Part shown: piece after piece, positions 16,704-24,329 of the stretch | Layout: every line of letters begins with the position of its first letter | Numbering within the stretch: position 1 is the first letter of the stretch | Assembly (NCBI GenBank): GCA_964650235.1 | Contig: CAZYTT010000004.1 | Location: 1-36,095, forward strand | From: an uncultured Gammaproteobacteria bacterium | GTDB taxonomy: Bacteria; Pseudomonadota; Gammaproteobacteria; SZUA-140 | Length of the DNA: 36,095 nucleotides | Reading direction: 5' to 3' | The notes under the pieces: generated by a model | Told to the model about the DNA's origin: nothing | The model's input: the letters and a program-made list of their open reading frames with translations, nothing else | Database searches by the model: none | Translations under genes and position numbers: made by a program

Positions 16704-17213
16704 CTATGCGTCATCAGACTGGTTATCCCAGAGCTCTTGCTCATCACCTTTTTCTCGCGACCATACCAGTTGACTGATTACCCTGAATTTGGCAACCGAC
16801 ATCAGGCCTCGTTTACTCCGATTGCTGGCTCCACTCTCGTTAATTGAGGCCATAATTTCATTACGATCGGCCTCATAGATTTCATAGGCCTCAAGATTTT
16901 CATCCATCAAGACCAGCACGACACTATCCCACTCCTGGTCAAGTTTAAGTTGGCCAATACGTTGACCACTCCTGGCTTCATCAAAAATAGCACGCCCCTT
17001 TATCTGGATCTTTTTACCCTCACGCTCACCTCGACCAAGGGCATCATACCCAGTTGTCGCTGTATTTAATAATTCAAGGTTCAATATCTGGGCAGCATCA
17101 TATTGACAGACCTCACTGGTGACACCAGCTAGAGGTTTACCGGTGGCCCGCCTATATTCGGCTGCTATACGGCGCGCCTCAGTGATTAATTTATCGATCG
17201 AATAGACGTCCAT
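16704..17213 (-). CDS. Hypothetical protein with a possible PD-(D/E)xK nuclease-like core
   Basis: 169 aa; the ORF is clean. The segment E(34)VCQYDAAQIL...GYDAL-x13-KIQIKGR...VVLVLMD fits an E...D...(E/Q)xK restriction-endonuclease-like layout. It is reminiscent of a DUF family, but that is from memory and unverified. It lies 44 nt upstream of the helicase on the same strand. Confidence 0.45.
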   Translation of the reverse strand: MDVYSIDKLITEARRIAAEYRRATGKPLAGVTSEVCQYDAAQILNLELLNTATTGYDALGRGEREGKKIQIKGRAIFDEARSGQRIGQLKLDQEWDSVVLVLMDENLEAYEIYEADRNEIMASINESGASNRSKRGLMSVAKFRVISQLVWSREKGDEQELWDNQSDDA

Positions 17214-17441
17214 ACAACTGCCTTGATTAACGTTTCATGCATTCTAACACTGACCACAAAAGGGGTAAATTTATTCATGAATTTCAGTAGCTTAAACATT
17301 CACCCCTGGTATATCGACAGCCCCGCGAGATCTAGACACTAACCAGCCTGCCAACTTAAGCTTCTGTTTTAAAAGAACTATTCCATATTGCCCCAGAGAC
17401 ATTAGGTCGTTATAGTACAACAATGGTGACCCTTTTAGACA

Positions 17442-18989
17442 TTGAATAACTCCACTATGGCTGCAACGAGCGACAAGGACATTCCACTAATAAATGGCCT
17501 CTTATCGCCACAGGCGTATAACCACCCCACCGAACACATTGCACTCCACCAGACTCATATCTCCTGGGTTTTGTGTACCGGGCCATTCGCCTATAAACTG
17601 AAAAAACCGGTCAACCTGGGTTTCTTGGACTTTTCAACCCTAGCAAGGCGTCTGCACTTTTGCGAGGAAGAACTAAGACTCAACAAGGTACTTGCCCCAG
17701 AACTCTATCTGGCCGTCGTCAAGATTACAGGTCCTGCCGAGAGCCCTCAGATAGACGGTGATGGCGCTGCAATTGAATACGCCGTAAAAATGATCCAGTT
17801 TGACAATAACCAGCAATTTGATCGATTACTCCCTTTAAATCAACTGGAAGCACATCGAATCAAAGAACTGGCAGAAAAAATTTCAGCCTTCCATGAAACC
17901 ACCGAAAAAAATCTAGATGCTGACTGGAGCGCACCTGAAAAGGTTCATAATCCAGTTCAGCAAAACTACTGTCAGGCCATCGAGCTAAGTCAAACCAGCA
18001 CCATCAAGACTCGCTTACAGGTGTTATTCGACTGGCACAACCAGCAATACACTCTCCTTGAGGATCTAATTCTCCGACGCCAGGCCAGTGGCTATATACG
18101 TGAGTGTCACGGCGATCTTCATCTCGCCAATATTGCCCTCATTAACAATAATGTCGTCATTTTCGATCGCATTGAGTTTGATATCAATCTCAGAATGATT
18201 GATATCGTTAGTGAGATTGCATTCCTGCTAATGGACCTGGAGGCCCATCAACAGCATGGCCTCGCATACAATTTCATCAATCACTGGCTTGCACTTACAG
18301 GCGACTATACTGGCCTGAATCTGTTAACATACTACAAAACCTATCGCGCCATGATCAGGGCCAAAATTGCATTGATTAGCGACGATCTTAGTCAATTTAC
18401 ATCCTATCTTGATTTAACTGAAACCTACACCAGCCTTAGGGGACAGACCATTATTATCACCCATGGCCTGTCTGGCTCGGGAAAATCATCTGTCACAAAA
18501 CTATTGGCACCGCAACTGCAGGCTATTGTGGTACGTTCAGATATCGAGAGAAAAAGACATTTTTCTGCCCGTGGTGACACACTCTATAGTGAGGAAACCA
18601 CTCGAGATACGTACCGGCACATGACAATGGCCTGCAGTGGAATCATTAATGCGGGTTACAATGCAATTCTTGATGCCACCTTCCTGCAAAAGGAACAACG
18701 ACAACTATTTCTGTCCCTTGCCGAAAAACTCGGCGTCCACTGCATCATTCTCGATTGCTATGCCCCGGTAGCTCAACTGGAGCAATGGATCATCGAACGG
18801 TCACAACGCAATGACGATCCCTCAGATGCAACTGTAGCCGTGCTCCATCATCAGCTACACACCCGGGACGCCCTTAGACAGGATGAACATCGCCATTGTA
18901 TAAGCATCGACACCAGTAAGGCGATTGATATCGACGCCCTTGCCACCAGAATCATAAATAGAACCAAAACTAATGAAATTAAAAGTTAA
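17442..18989 (+). CDS. Fusion of an APH/choline-kinase-like phosphotransferase domain and a P-loop (AAA_33/gluconokinase-like) domain
   Basis: 515 aa. The N-half has the kinase catalytic loop HGDLHLANIAL and IFDRIEFD. The C-half has Walker A GLSGSGKSS and ILDATF (Walker B-like). The start may be ATG 17457 rather than TTG 17442. Confidence 0.75.
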   Translation: MNNSTMAATSDKDIPLINGLLSPQAYNHPTEHIALHQTHISWVLCTGPFAYKLKKPVNLGFLDFSTLARRLHFCEEELRLNKVLAPELYLAVVKITGPAESPQIDGDGAAIEYAVKMIQFDNNQQFDRLLPLNQLEAHRIKELAEKISAFHETTEKNLDADWSAPEKVHNPVQQNYCQAIELSQTSTIKTRLQVLFDWHNQQYTLLEDLILRRQASGYIRECHGDLHLANIALINNNVVIFDRIEFDINLRMIDIVSEIAFLLMDLEAHQQHGLAYNFINHWLALTGDYTGLNLLTYYKTYRAMIRAKIALISDDLSQFTSYLDLTETYTSLRGQTIIITHGLSGSGKSSVTKLLAPQLQAIVVRSDIERKRHFSARGDTLYSEETTRDTYRHMTMACSGIINAGYNAILDATFLQKEQRQLFLSLAEKLGVHCIILDCYAPVAQLEQWIIERSQRNDDPSDATVAVLHHQLHTRDALRQDEHRHCISIDTSKAIDIDALATRIINRTKTNEIKS

Positions 18990-18996
18990 GCAGCCT

Positions 18997-19866
18997 TTAC
19001 TGACAGACTGATACAGCACCAGGTGAGCAAATAGTCCCATCTGGCATACGGGCATTATCCAGTTTGGCACCCTTGAATTGTGCACCACGAATATCTGCTG
19101 ACAATAAATTGGCGTAGGAAAGATCGGCCCCGCTAAAATCCACCTGGCGGAGATTAGCCCGGGTAAAATCAACACCAACCAATTCTGCATCGCGAAAATT
19201 AACCTGCTCCAGATTGGCCTGCATTAATAACGAATAGGACAGATTCGCTGACTGGAGATTTGAACCCTGTAAATTGGCGCCATTTAAATTAGCATTCATG
19301 AGTAAAACACGACGCATATCAAGACCAGGGTAGTTACTATTCTGAAGAAAGCAGTTACTCAGATCCATTCCAGCTACGGGGGGATTCGTGCATTCGACAG
19401 GCGTATCCTTAACGGGTGTCGTAGTCGAAAAATATTGATAATAAACAATCAATATCACCATAAAAAGCAATAAAAAGATCACTCTGTTTTGCCACTGTCG
19501 GTGGCGATTTTGTTCCAGCTTACGAGAGATAATGGAGCCAGACTCATGGTCTTCATCGTGATCATAATTTAACTGTTCTGACAGAGTGCCATGGGCGTGC
19601 TCACCGTCATCAGCCCATCGCCGCGCAGCTGCCAGACGATCACGCGCTAGTGGATCACTAAGATCAGCCTTCATAACGGTAGGTATCAGCTCAGGGTGTT
19701 CATCAATTCTGGTCCAAGTTTGCTGATCATGGCTAATCTCATCGCTGGGCGCCACCCGCCCCAACAGTATCTCACGTTGAACATGCCCAACTGTAAATGG
19801 TCCATGTACCTGCGCTGACTGACGAATGTACCAGTTCCGGGTTGCCTGATTATCATTGCTTGGCAT
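18997..19866 (-). CDS. Membrane protein: GYF_2-like N-domain, one TM helix, C-terminal pentapeptide repeats
   Basis: 289 aa. The GYF_2/DUF4339-like segment is WYIRQSAQVHGPFTVGHVQREILLGRVAPSDEISHDQQTWTRI. The hydrophobic helix is VIFLLLFMVILIVYY. About 20 consecutive A(D/N)LxX pentapeptides follow (ANLNGANLQGSNLQSANLSYSLLMQANLEQVNFRDAELVGVDFTRANLRQVDFSGADLSYANLLSADIRGAQFKGAKL). Confidence 0.75.
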   Translation of the reverse strand: MPSNDNQATRNWYIRQSAQVHGPFTVGHVQREILLGRVAPSDEISHDQQTWTRIDEHPELIPTVMKADLSDPLARDRLAAARRWADDGEHAHGTLSEQLNYDHDEDHESGSIISRKLEQNRHRQWQNRVIFLLLFMVILIVYYQYFSTTTPVKDTPVECTNPPVAGMDLSNCFLQNSNYPGLDMRRVLLMNANLNGANLQGSNLQSANLSYSLLMQANLEQVNFRDAELVGVDFTRANLRQVDFSGADLSYANLLSADIRGAQFKGAKLDNARMPDGTICSPGAVSVCQ

Positions 19867-19939
19867 TGATCACATTGTCCTTATAAAGACTTTATTCAAT
19901 AAACATAAACCTTAAATATTAATAAGTGTAGCAATTAGT

Positions 19940-19967
19940 TAAACTATATCATTGAAGATGCCGATAT
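19940..19967 (+). promoter_or_regulatory. Candidate FliA (sigma-28) promoter TAAAC-N15-GCCGATAT
   Basis: TAAA (19940-19943) and GCCGATAT (19960-19967) match the sigma-28 consensus TAAAG-N14-GCCGATAA, with one extra spacer nt and one -10 mismatch. The element lies about 155 nt upstream of the REC-GGDEF-EAL ATG. Confidence 0.4.
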
Positions 19968-20123
19968 ATGAATTGAACTAAAAGAATAATATATCTTGTC
20001 ATTTCAGTATGTTATAGTACCAGGCTGAACATAGGTGGGCACCATGGAACGTTCGAAAATCAGCCTCTCAATGGACACTAAAAAACTAGCCAACAATATA
20101 AAAAACCCTGATTTTCAAAAATA

Positions 20124-21974
20124 ATGAAGCCCATAACACCAGACAGCCGTATTGAAGACCATAAACTGGGCCTATCTCAGACACCTCAGCCTTCGCCCTC
20201 ACAATGGCAAGATGCTGAACAGCTCAGATCATCCAAGATACTGATTGTAGACAATAATCCTGAACACACCAGGATTACCGAGATTATCCTCAGATCCAAT
20301 GGCTTTAACGACATTATTAATGCCATAGAACATAGCGAAATCGAAGAACACCTCAACGCAAAACTGAACAAAATAAGCCCTAAGCTTGACCTCATCGTTA
20401 TAGATATGATGACACTGGGCAGTGATGCCATTAAACACTGCCGTCAATTACATTCGTCCGGCATTCCAATCATGTTAATTTCACCCAATGTCGAATGGCA
20501 TGAAGATGCTATGACATCAGCCCTTGATGCCGGCGCCCAGGACATACTCTTCAAACCGATTCATCAATACGACCTGATCCCACGGGTTTTATCGTTACTG
20601 CGACTTAAAAAAGAACGGGATATTAATTCTCAAAGAGAAGGCATACTGGAATCAGAGTTGGCCGAACGTAAAATAATTGAGGCCCGTCTCCAGTATATGG
20701 CTAATCATGACGACCTCACCGGACTGTGCAATCGTAAGCGACTACAACAAGCCCTGGACGTAGCCAATCTTCAGGCTGATCTAAATGGTCGACAGTCTGC
20801 CCTAGTTTACATTGACCTCAACCAGTTCAAGGTTATCAATGACCTGGAAGGACATGATGCTGGCGATCGACTCTTAACTACAATAGCCAATATACTGCGT
20901 AGACACTCGAGTGCTACCGCTACGATGTCTCGTATAAATTCGGATGAATATGCAATTTTATTTGAAGATTGCAATGAAAAATCTGCCTATAATTTCACCA
21001 ATGAGATAAGACAGGATATTGATAAATTACAGTTTCGCGTAGACAATCGCAAATATACGGTCGCTGCCAGTTATGGCATTGTAGCTATAAAACCTGGATC
21101 TAAGTTTTCCAGTGTTGACATTCTGGCCAATGCCGACAAGGCCTGCTATGAGGCCAAACGCAAGGGCCGAAACAATATCCATATCTATAACAAGTCAGAT
21201 AACAATTTTGACACCTTGCGTGAAGATGCCTACTGGATACCTAAAATCAAAGAGGCTCTTTCCGGGTCTAAATTAAAACTATTATTCCAGCCCGTATTGG
21301 ATATTCATACCAATAAGATTGATCGTTTTGAGGCGCTACTAAGAATGGTAGACTCAAATAATGAACTGGTTACGCCCGATAATTTTATTCCCGTCGCAGA
21401 AAGAAACGGGTTAATTCAGGAAATTGATCTATGGGTTGTCAGCCGCTCCTTTGATATCCTGTCGAGCAGCGCAAAATTAAACCGAAAAATCTCTTTTAAC
21501 ATCAATCTTTCCAGTCATTCATTCCATGAAAATAAATTTCTACCCCTGGTGATTAACAAACTGAAACAGACAAAAATTGACCCTAATCGTATCACCTTTG
21601 AAATCACTGAAACAGCCGCAGTAACTAGCTATAAGAAGGGTCGTGAAGTACTGGAGGAATTACGCAACCTGGGTTTCAAGATCGCCCTAGATGACTTCGG
21701 CTCTGGATTTAACTCATTCTTCCACCTGAAACAATTACCCGTTGACTACATAAAAATTGACGGTGGTTTCATAGCCAATCTTATGACAGATACTGTTGAC
21801 CAGACCCTAGTTAAATCAATTACGGAAATTTCTCAAAAACTTGGTAAAAAGACAGTAGCCGAATTTGTTGTAAACAGAGAGACTCTGGAATTACTGAAAA
21901 GCTACGGTGTTGATTATGCCCAGGGCTTTTACATTGGCAAACCAGGTGAGATCAATTCCTTTAACGCTGCCTAG
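20124..21974 (+). CDS. Response-regulator c-di-GMP phosphodiesterase: REC + degenerate GGDEF (NSDEY) + intact EAL
   Basis: 616 aa. The REC domain has KILIVDNN, acceptor Asp in LIVIDMM (D94, 20403-20405), LIS and FKP. The GGDEF domain carries RINSDEYAILF in place of GG(D/E)EF (20937-20951). The EAL domain has all catalytic residues I know: EALLR (21330-21338), NINLS, EITE, DDFGSG, KIDG, AEFV and QGFY. Confidence 0.85.
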   Translation: MKPITPDSRIEDHKLGLSQTPQPSPSQWQDAEQLRSSKILIVDNNPEHTRITEIILRSNGFNDIINAIEHSEIEEHLNAKLNKISPKLDLIVIDMMTLGSDAIKHCRQLHSSGIPIMLISPNVEWHEDAMTSALDAGAQDILFKPIHQYDLIPRVLSLLRLKKERDINSQREGILESELAERKIIEARLQYMANHDDLTGLCNRKRLQQALDVANLQADLNGRQSALVYIDLNQFKVINDLEGHDAGDRLLTTIANILRRHSSATATMSRINSDEYAILFEDCNEKSAYNFTNEIRQDIDKLQFRVDNRKYTVAASYGIVAIKPGSKFSSVDILANADKACYEAKRKGRNNIHIYNKSDNNFDTLREDAYWIPKIKEALSGSKLKLLFQPVLDIHTNKIDRFEALLRMVDSNNELVTPDNFIPVAERNGLIQEIDLWVVSRSFDILSSSAKLNRKISFNINLSSHSFHENKFLPLVINKLKQTKIDPNRITFEITETAAVTSYKKGREVLEELRNLGFKIALDDFGSGFNSFFHLKQLPVDYIKIDGGFIANLMTDTVDQTLVKSITEISQKLGKKTVAEFVVNRETLELLKSYGVDYAQGFYIGKPGEINSFNAA

Positions 21975-22001
21975 TCCTGGCCAGTATCACCCACACCTCT
22001 T

Positions 22002-22397
22002 TTAAGATGCCTCTAGCTGCCGTTCTTCTGTACCATGCAATGAAACTAATAACCTGGCCTCAGCCTGACTTAAACCATGTATATCCATTAGTCGATCTAG
22101 TGACGCCCCGCCCTTCACTGCCCTAATCGCATTTTCATACTCACGCTTAACACTATCAGATGCCTCGATTTTCTCCAGCCGTTCTGACAAGCGCCTCATT
22201 TTTTCATCTATAGCATCAATTCGTCGATCAATATTTGAAGATACACGACACAATGCAACCATATCACTCTGAACCTGTTGAGCATCAGCGATCAAATTTC
22301 GTCTTGTTTTATTTATTCGTAAGCCAAGATAAATTAGCAAAAACAGAAATAACGCATTGGTAATGGTTAATAACAAAACAGTTTCAGATAAAATCAT
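22002..22397 (-). CDS. DUF2802-like membrane-anchored coiled-coil protein, last gene of the che/flagellar array
   Basis: 131 aa with an N-terminal TM helix (VLLLTITNALFLFLLIYLGL), a coiled-coil middle and a C-terminal helix-turn-helix-like GLSQAEARLLVSLHG. It occupies the same position after cheW as the DUF2802 gene in Pseudomonas/Vibrio clusters (from memory). Confidence 0.6.
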   Translation of the reverse strand: MILSETVLLLTITNALFLFLLIYLGLRINKTRRNLIADAQQVQSDMVALCRVSSNIDRRIDAIDEKMRRLSERLEKIEASDSVKREYENAIRAVKGGASLDRLMDIHGLSQAEARLLVSLHGTEERQLEAS

Positions 22398-22425
22398 AAA
22401 GCACCTATACCTAATGTTTAAGGGT

Positions 22426-22902
22426 TTAGCGTTCTACTATCGCATCCCATTCATCAGGCGTTAGCAGTTTATTGATATCAATCAAAATTAACAATGAATC
22501 ATTCTTACTATGAACACCCTGTATAAACCGTGAGCTATCATCATTACCGATATTAGGTGCCATATCGATCTCGGATTCCTGTAAATAAACGACCTCTGCC
22601 ACACAATCAACCAGCATGCCCAAAACCTGACCACTTGATTCAATAATAACGATTCTACTTAAATCATCAAGTTCCTTAGAGGGTAAGGAAAACCGTTTTC
22701 TGGTATCAATAACCGTAACTACATTACCCCGTAGATTGATTATCCCTAATACATAATCGGGGGCCCCTGGGACTGGAGTGATTTCAACGGAACGTAACAC
22801 CTCCATTACCTGCATAACTGTGATGCCATATACTTCATTATCCAGATGGAATGTTACCCACTGAATAACATTATCCTCTAAGTTCTCTTCCTCTTGAGCC
22901 AT
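22426..22902 (-). CDS. cheW: Chemotaxis coupling protein CheW
   Basis: 158 aa: WVTFHLDNEVYGITVMQVMEVLR...PGAPDYVLGIINLRGNVVTVIDTRKRF...GMLVDCVAEV. This is the canonical CheW fold pattern. Confidence 0.9.
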   Translation of the reverse strand: MAQEEENLEDNVIQWVTFHLDNEVYGITVMQVMEVLRSVEITPVPGAPDYVLGIINLRGNVVTVIDTRKRFSLPSKELDDLSRIVIIESSGQVLGMLVDCVAEVVYLQESEIDMAPNIGNDDSSRFIQGVHSKNDSLLILIDINKLLTPDEWDAIVER

Positions 22903-22945
22903 ACCTAAATCACCTCTATGGGTATAATGTAAATAAAATTATTGA

Positions 22946-23527
22946 TCAATTACCAGCAGGATTTATGCCAACCGAAAATAATTGCTGATTTCCCTGTATG
23001 ACCTTCTGAATCAAGCGGGTATTAAGCAGTACATACTGAAAATCTCGACTCATACCAGCTAACCATGGACGAGTATTAGATTTACTCTTATAGACGATGT
23101 TTTCAGCTGTAATATTTATAAGGCCGCCAATTTCTTCAATCTCGATACCAAATTCATAGTCTGATTTTAAAACCAGAATAAATTTCGCAGGTAATTTGGC
23201 CTGGCGCGAAAACTGGTTTAAAATCGTTGAAACATCATAGTGTGTAGACGTACAGATAGCATCGCGATCAAGCAGAGCTTTAACTGTAACAATACTATGA
23301 TCGGCCACGATATACTCAGTGGATTCGATTGAAAAGGAAAAATACTGATGGTTCTCTGACAGGGCCTCCGTATAGTTGTCTCTGGTAGTGTCAAAAAACT
23401 GTTCATCGATAAGATGTACATCTTTTTTTTCATCAACAATTGGAATAGCTGGTAAATCCTCACAGGTATCGAGTAATAAGTCAGAAATATAGCTACCAAT
23501 ACTTGAAGTTAGTAATTGATTACTCAT
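22946..23527 (-). CDS. parP: ParP-like CheW-domain protein (array-tethering partner of ParC)
   Basis: 193 aa with an acidic N-terminal ~60 aa followed by a divergent CheW-like domain (YFSFSIESTEYIVADHSIVTV...FILVLKSDYEFGIEIEEIGGL). It has an ATGA start/stop overlap with the upstream ParA-like gene. Its position matches Vibrio ParP / Pseudomonas PA1463. Confidence 0.6.
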   Translation of the reverse strand: MSNQLLTSSIGSYISDLLLDTCEDLPAIPIVDEKKDVHLIDEQFFDTTRDNYTEALSENHQYFSFSIESTEYIVADHSIVTVKALLDRDAICTSTHYDVSTILNQFSRQAKLPAKFILVLKSDYEFGIEIEEIGGLINITAENIVYKSKSNTRPWLAGMSRDFQYVLLNTRLIQKVIQGNQQLFSVGINPAGN

Positions 23528-24318
23528 ACTGCCTCCTGTATCAAGTCAACAGCCACAGACCGGGTTCGTTGAATAATGTCGTTGACAAGCCTTTTATAGG
23601 CCAATGTTGCACGCGACCTGGCGGCAATATCCAGAATTGAAACACCTTCTTTGCTGGCTTCACGTAATTTCGTATCCGTAGGTATATAGAATTGCCAAAT
23701 ATTTTCAGGATATTTCTGGTTCATTACTTCAAGACTTGATTGAGAGGCACGCGTCCTTTTATCATACATTGTCGGTACAATAAGATAGTTCAGATTTTGA
23801 TTAATGGATTTATTCACCATAGCAAGTGTCTCAATCATACGCTCCAGGCCATTGAGTGAGAGATATTCGGCCTGAGAAGGGACGATGAGAAAATTACAGG
23901 CTGCAAGTGCATTAATCATCAACACACCAAGAATTGGCGGGCAATCTATCAGCACATAGTCATACTGTTTTTCTAATTTTTCTAAAACATTTTTTATAAT
24001 CAGGCCCTTTCCCGGACTACCACCAATACTCCTGTCAACTGTTGCAAGCATTAGTGATGATTTAAGGATTGAAATCCCGGACATATCAGTTTTCCGAATA
24101 TGATCCTCAGGATTAACCATGGAATCGCAAAAAGACTGGTAAACACCATAGCTAGAATCGGCCGGATCAAAACCCAGATAACTGGTGAGAGAACCGTGCG
24201 GATCCAGATCTACTAGTAAAACTCTTCCACCACGTCGAGCAAGAATAGAAGCCAGGGTGATGGTCGTGGTTGTTTTACCAACACCACCTTTTTGATTAGC
24301 AATTGACCAAACCTTCAT
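23524..24318 (-). CDS. parC: ParA/MinD-family ATPase, ParC-like (polar positioning of chemotaxis arrays)
   Basis: 264 aa with the deviant Walker A NQKGGVGKTTTT, VLLVDLDPHGS and YVLIDCPP. It is embedded between motD and the CheW-like gene, as in Vibrio (ParC) and Pseudomonas (PA1462). Confidence 0.75.
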   Translation of the reverse strand: MKVWSIANQKGGVGKTTTTITLASILARRGGRVLLVDLDPHGSLTSYLGFDPADSSYGVYQSFCDSMVNPEDHIRKTDMSGISILKSSLMLATVDRSIGGSPGKGLIIKNVLEKLEKQYDYVLIDCPPILGVLMINALAACNFLIVPSQAEYLSLNGLERMIETLAMVNKSINQNLNYLIVPTMYDKRTRASQSSLEVMNQKYPENIWQFYIPTDTKLREASKEGVSILDIAARSRATLAYKRLVNDIIQRTRSVAVDLIQEAV

Positions 24319-24329
24319 ATAAGCCTCCG

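Noticed and set aside
14668-17213. Reading the nuclease-like ORF plus DinG-family helicase as an anti-phage defence module
   Set aside because: The helicase has the housekeeping YoaA layout and is stop/start-overlapped with tsaB, continuing into the ABM and cpdA genes. There is no methyltransferase, ATPase partner, mobile-element signature or compositional anomaly, and local G+C matches the flanks.
18855-19190. 111-aa track ORF overlapping the pentapeptide gene and the 3' end of the APH/P-loop gene
   Set aside because: It is a same-strand, out-of-frame overlap with the pentapeptide-repeat gene. Repeat-rich DNA generates long alternative frames, and this one has no motifs.
23218-23499. 93-aa alternative-frame ORF inside the ParP-like gene, plus similar short ORFs inside cheA, cheB, flhF and flhA
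   Set aside because: These are AT-rich out-of-frame or antisense ORFs nested in strongly supported genes. They have no SD and no motifs.
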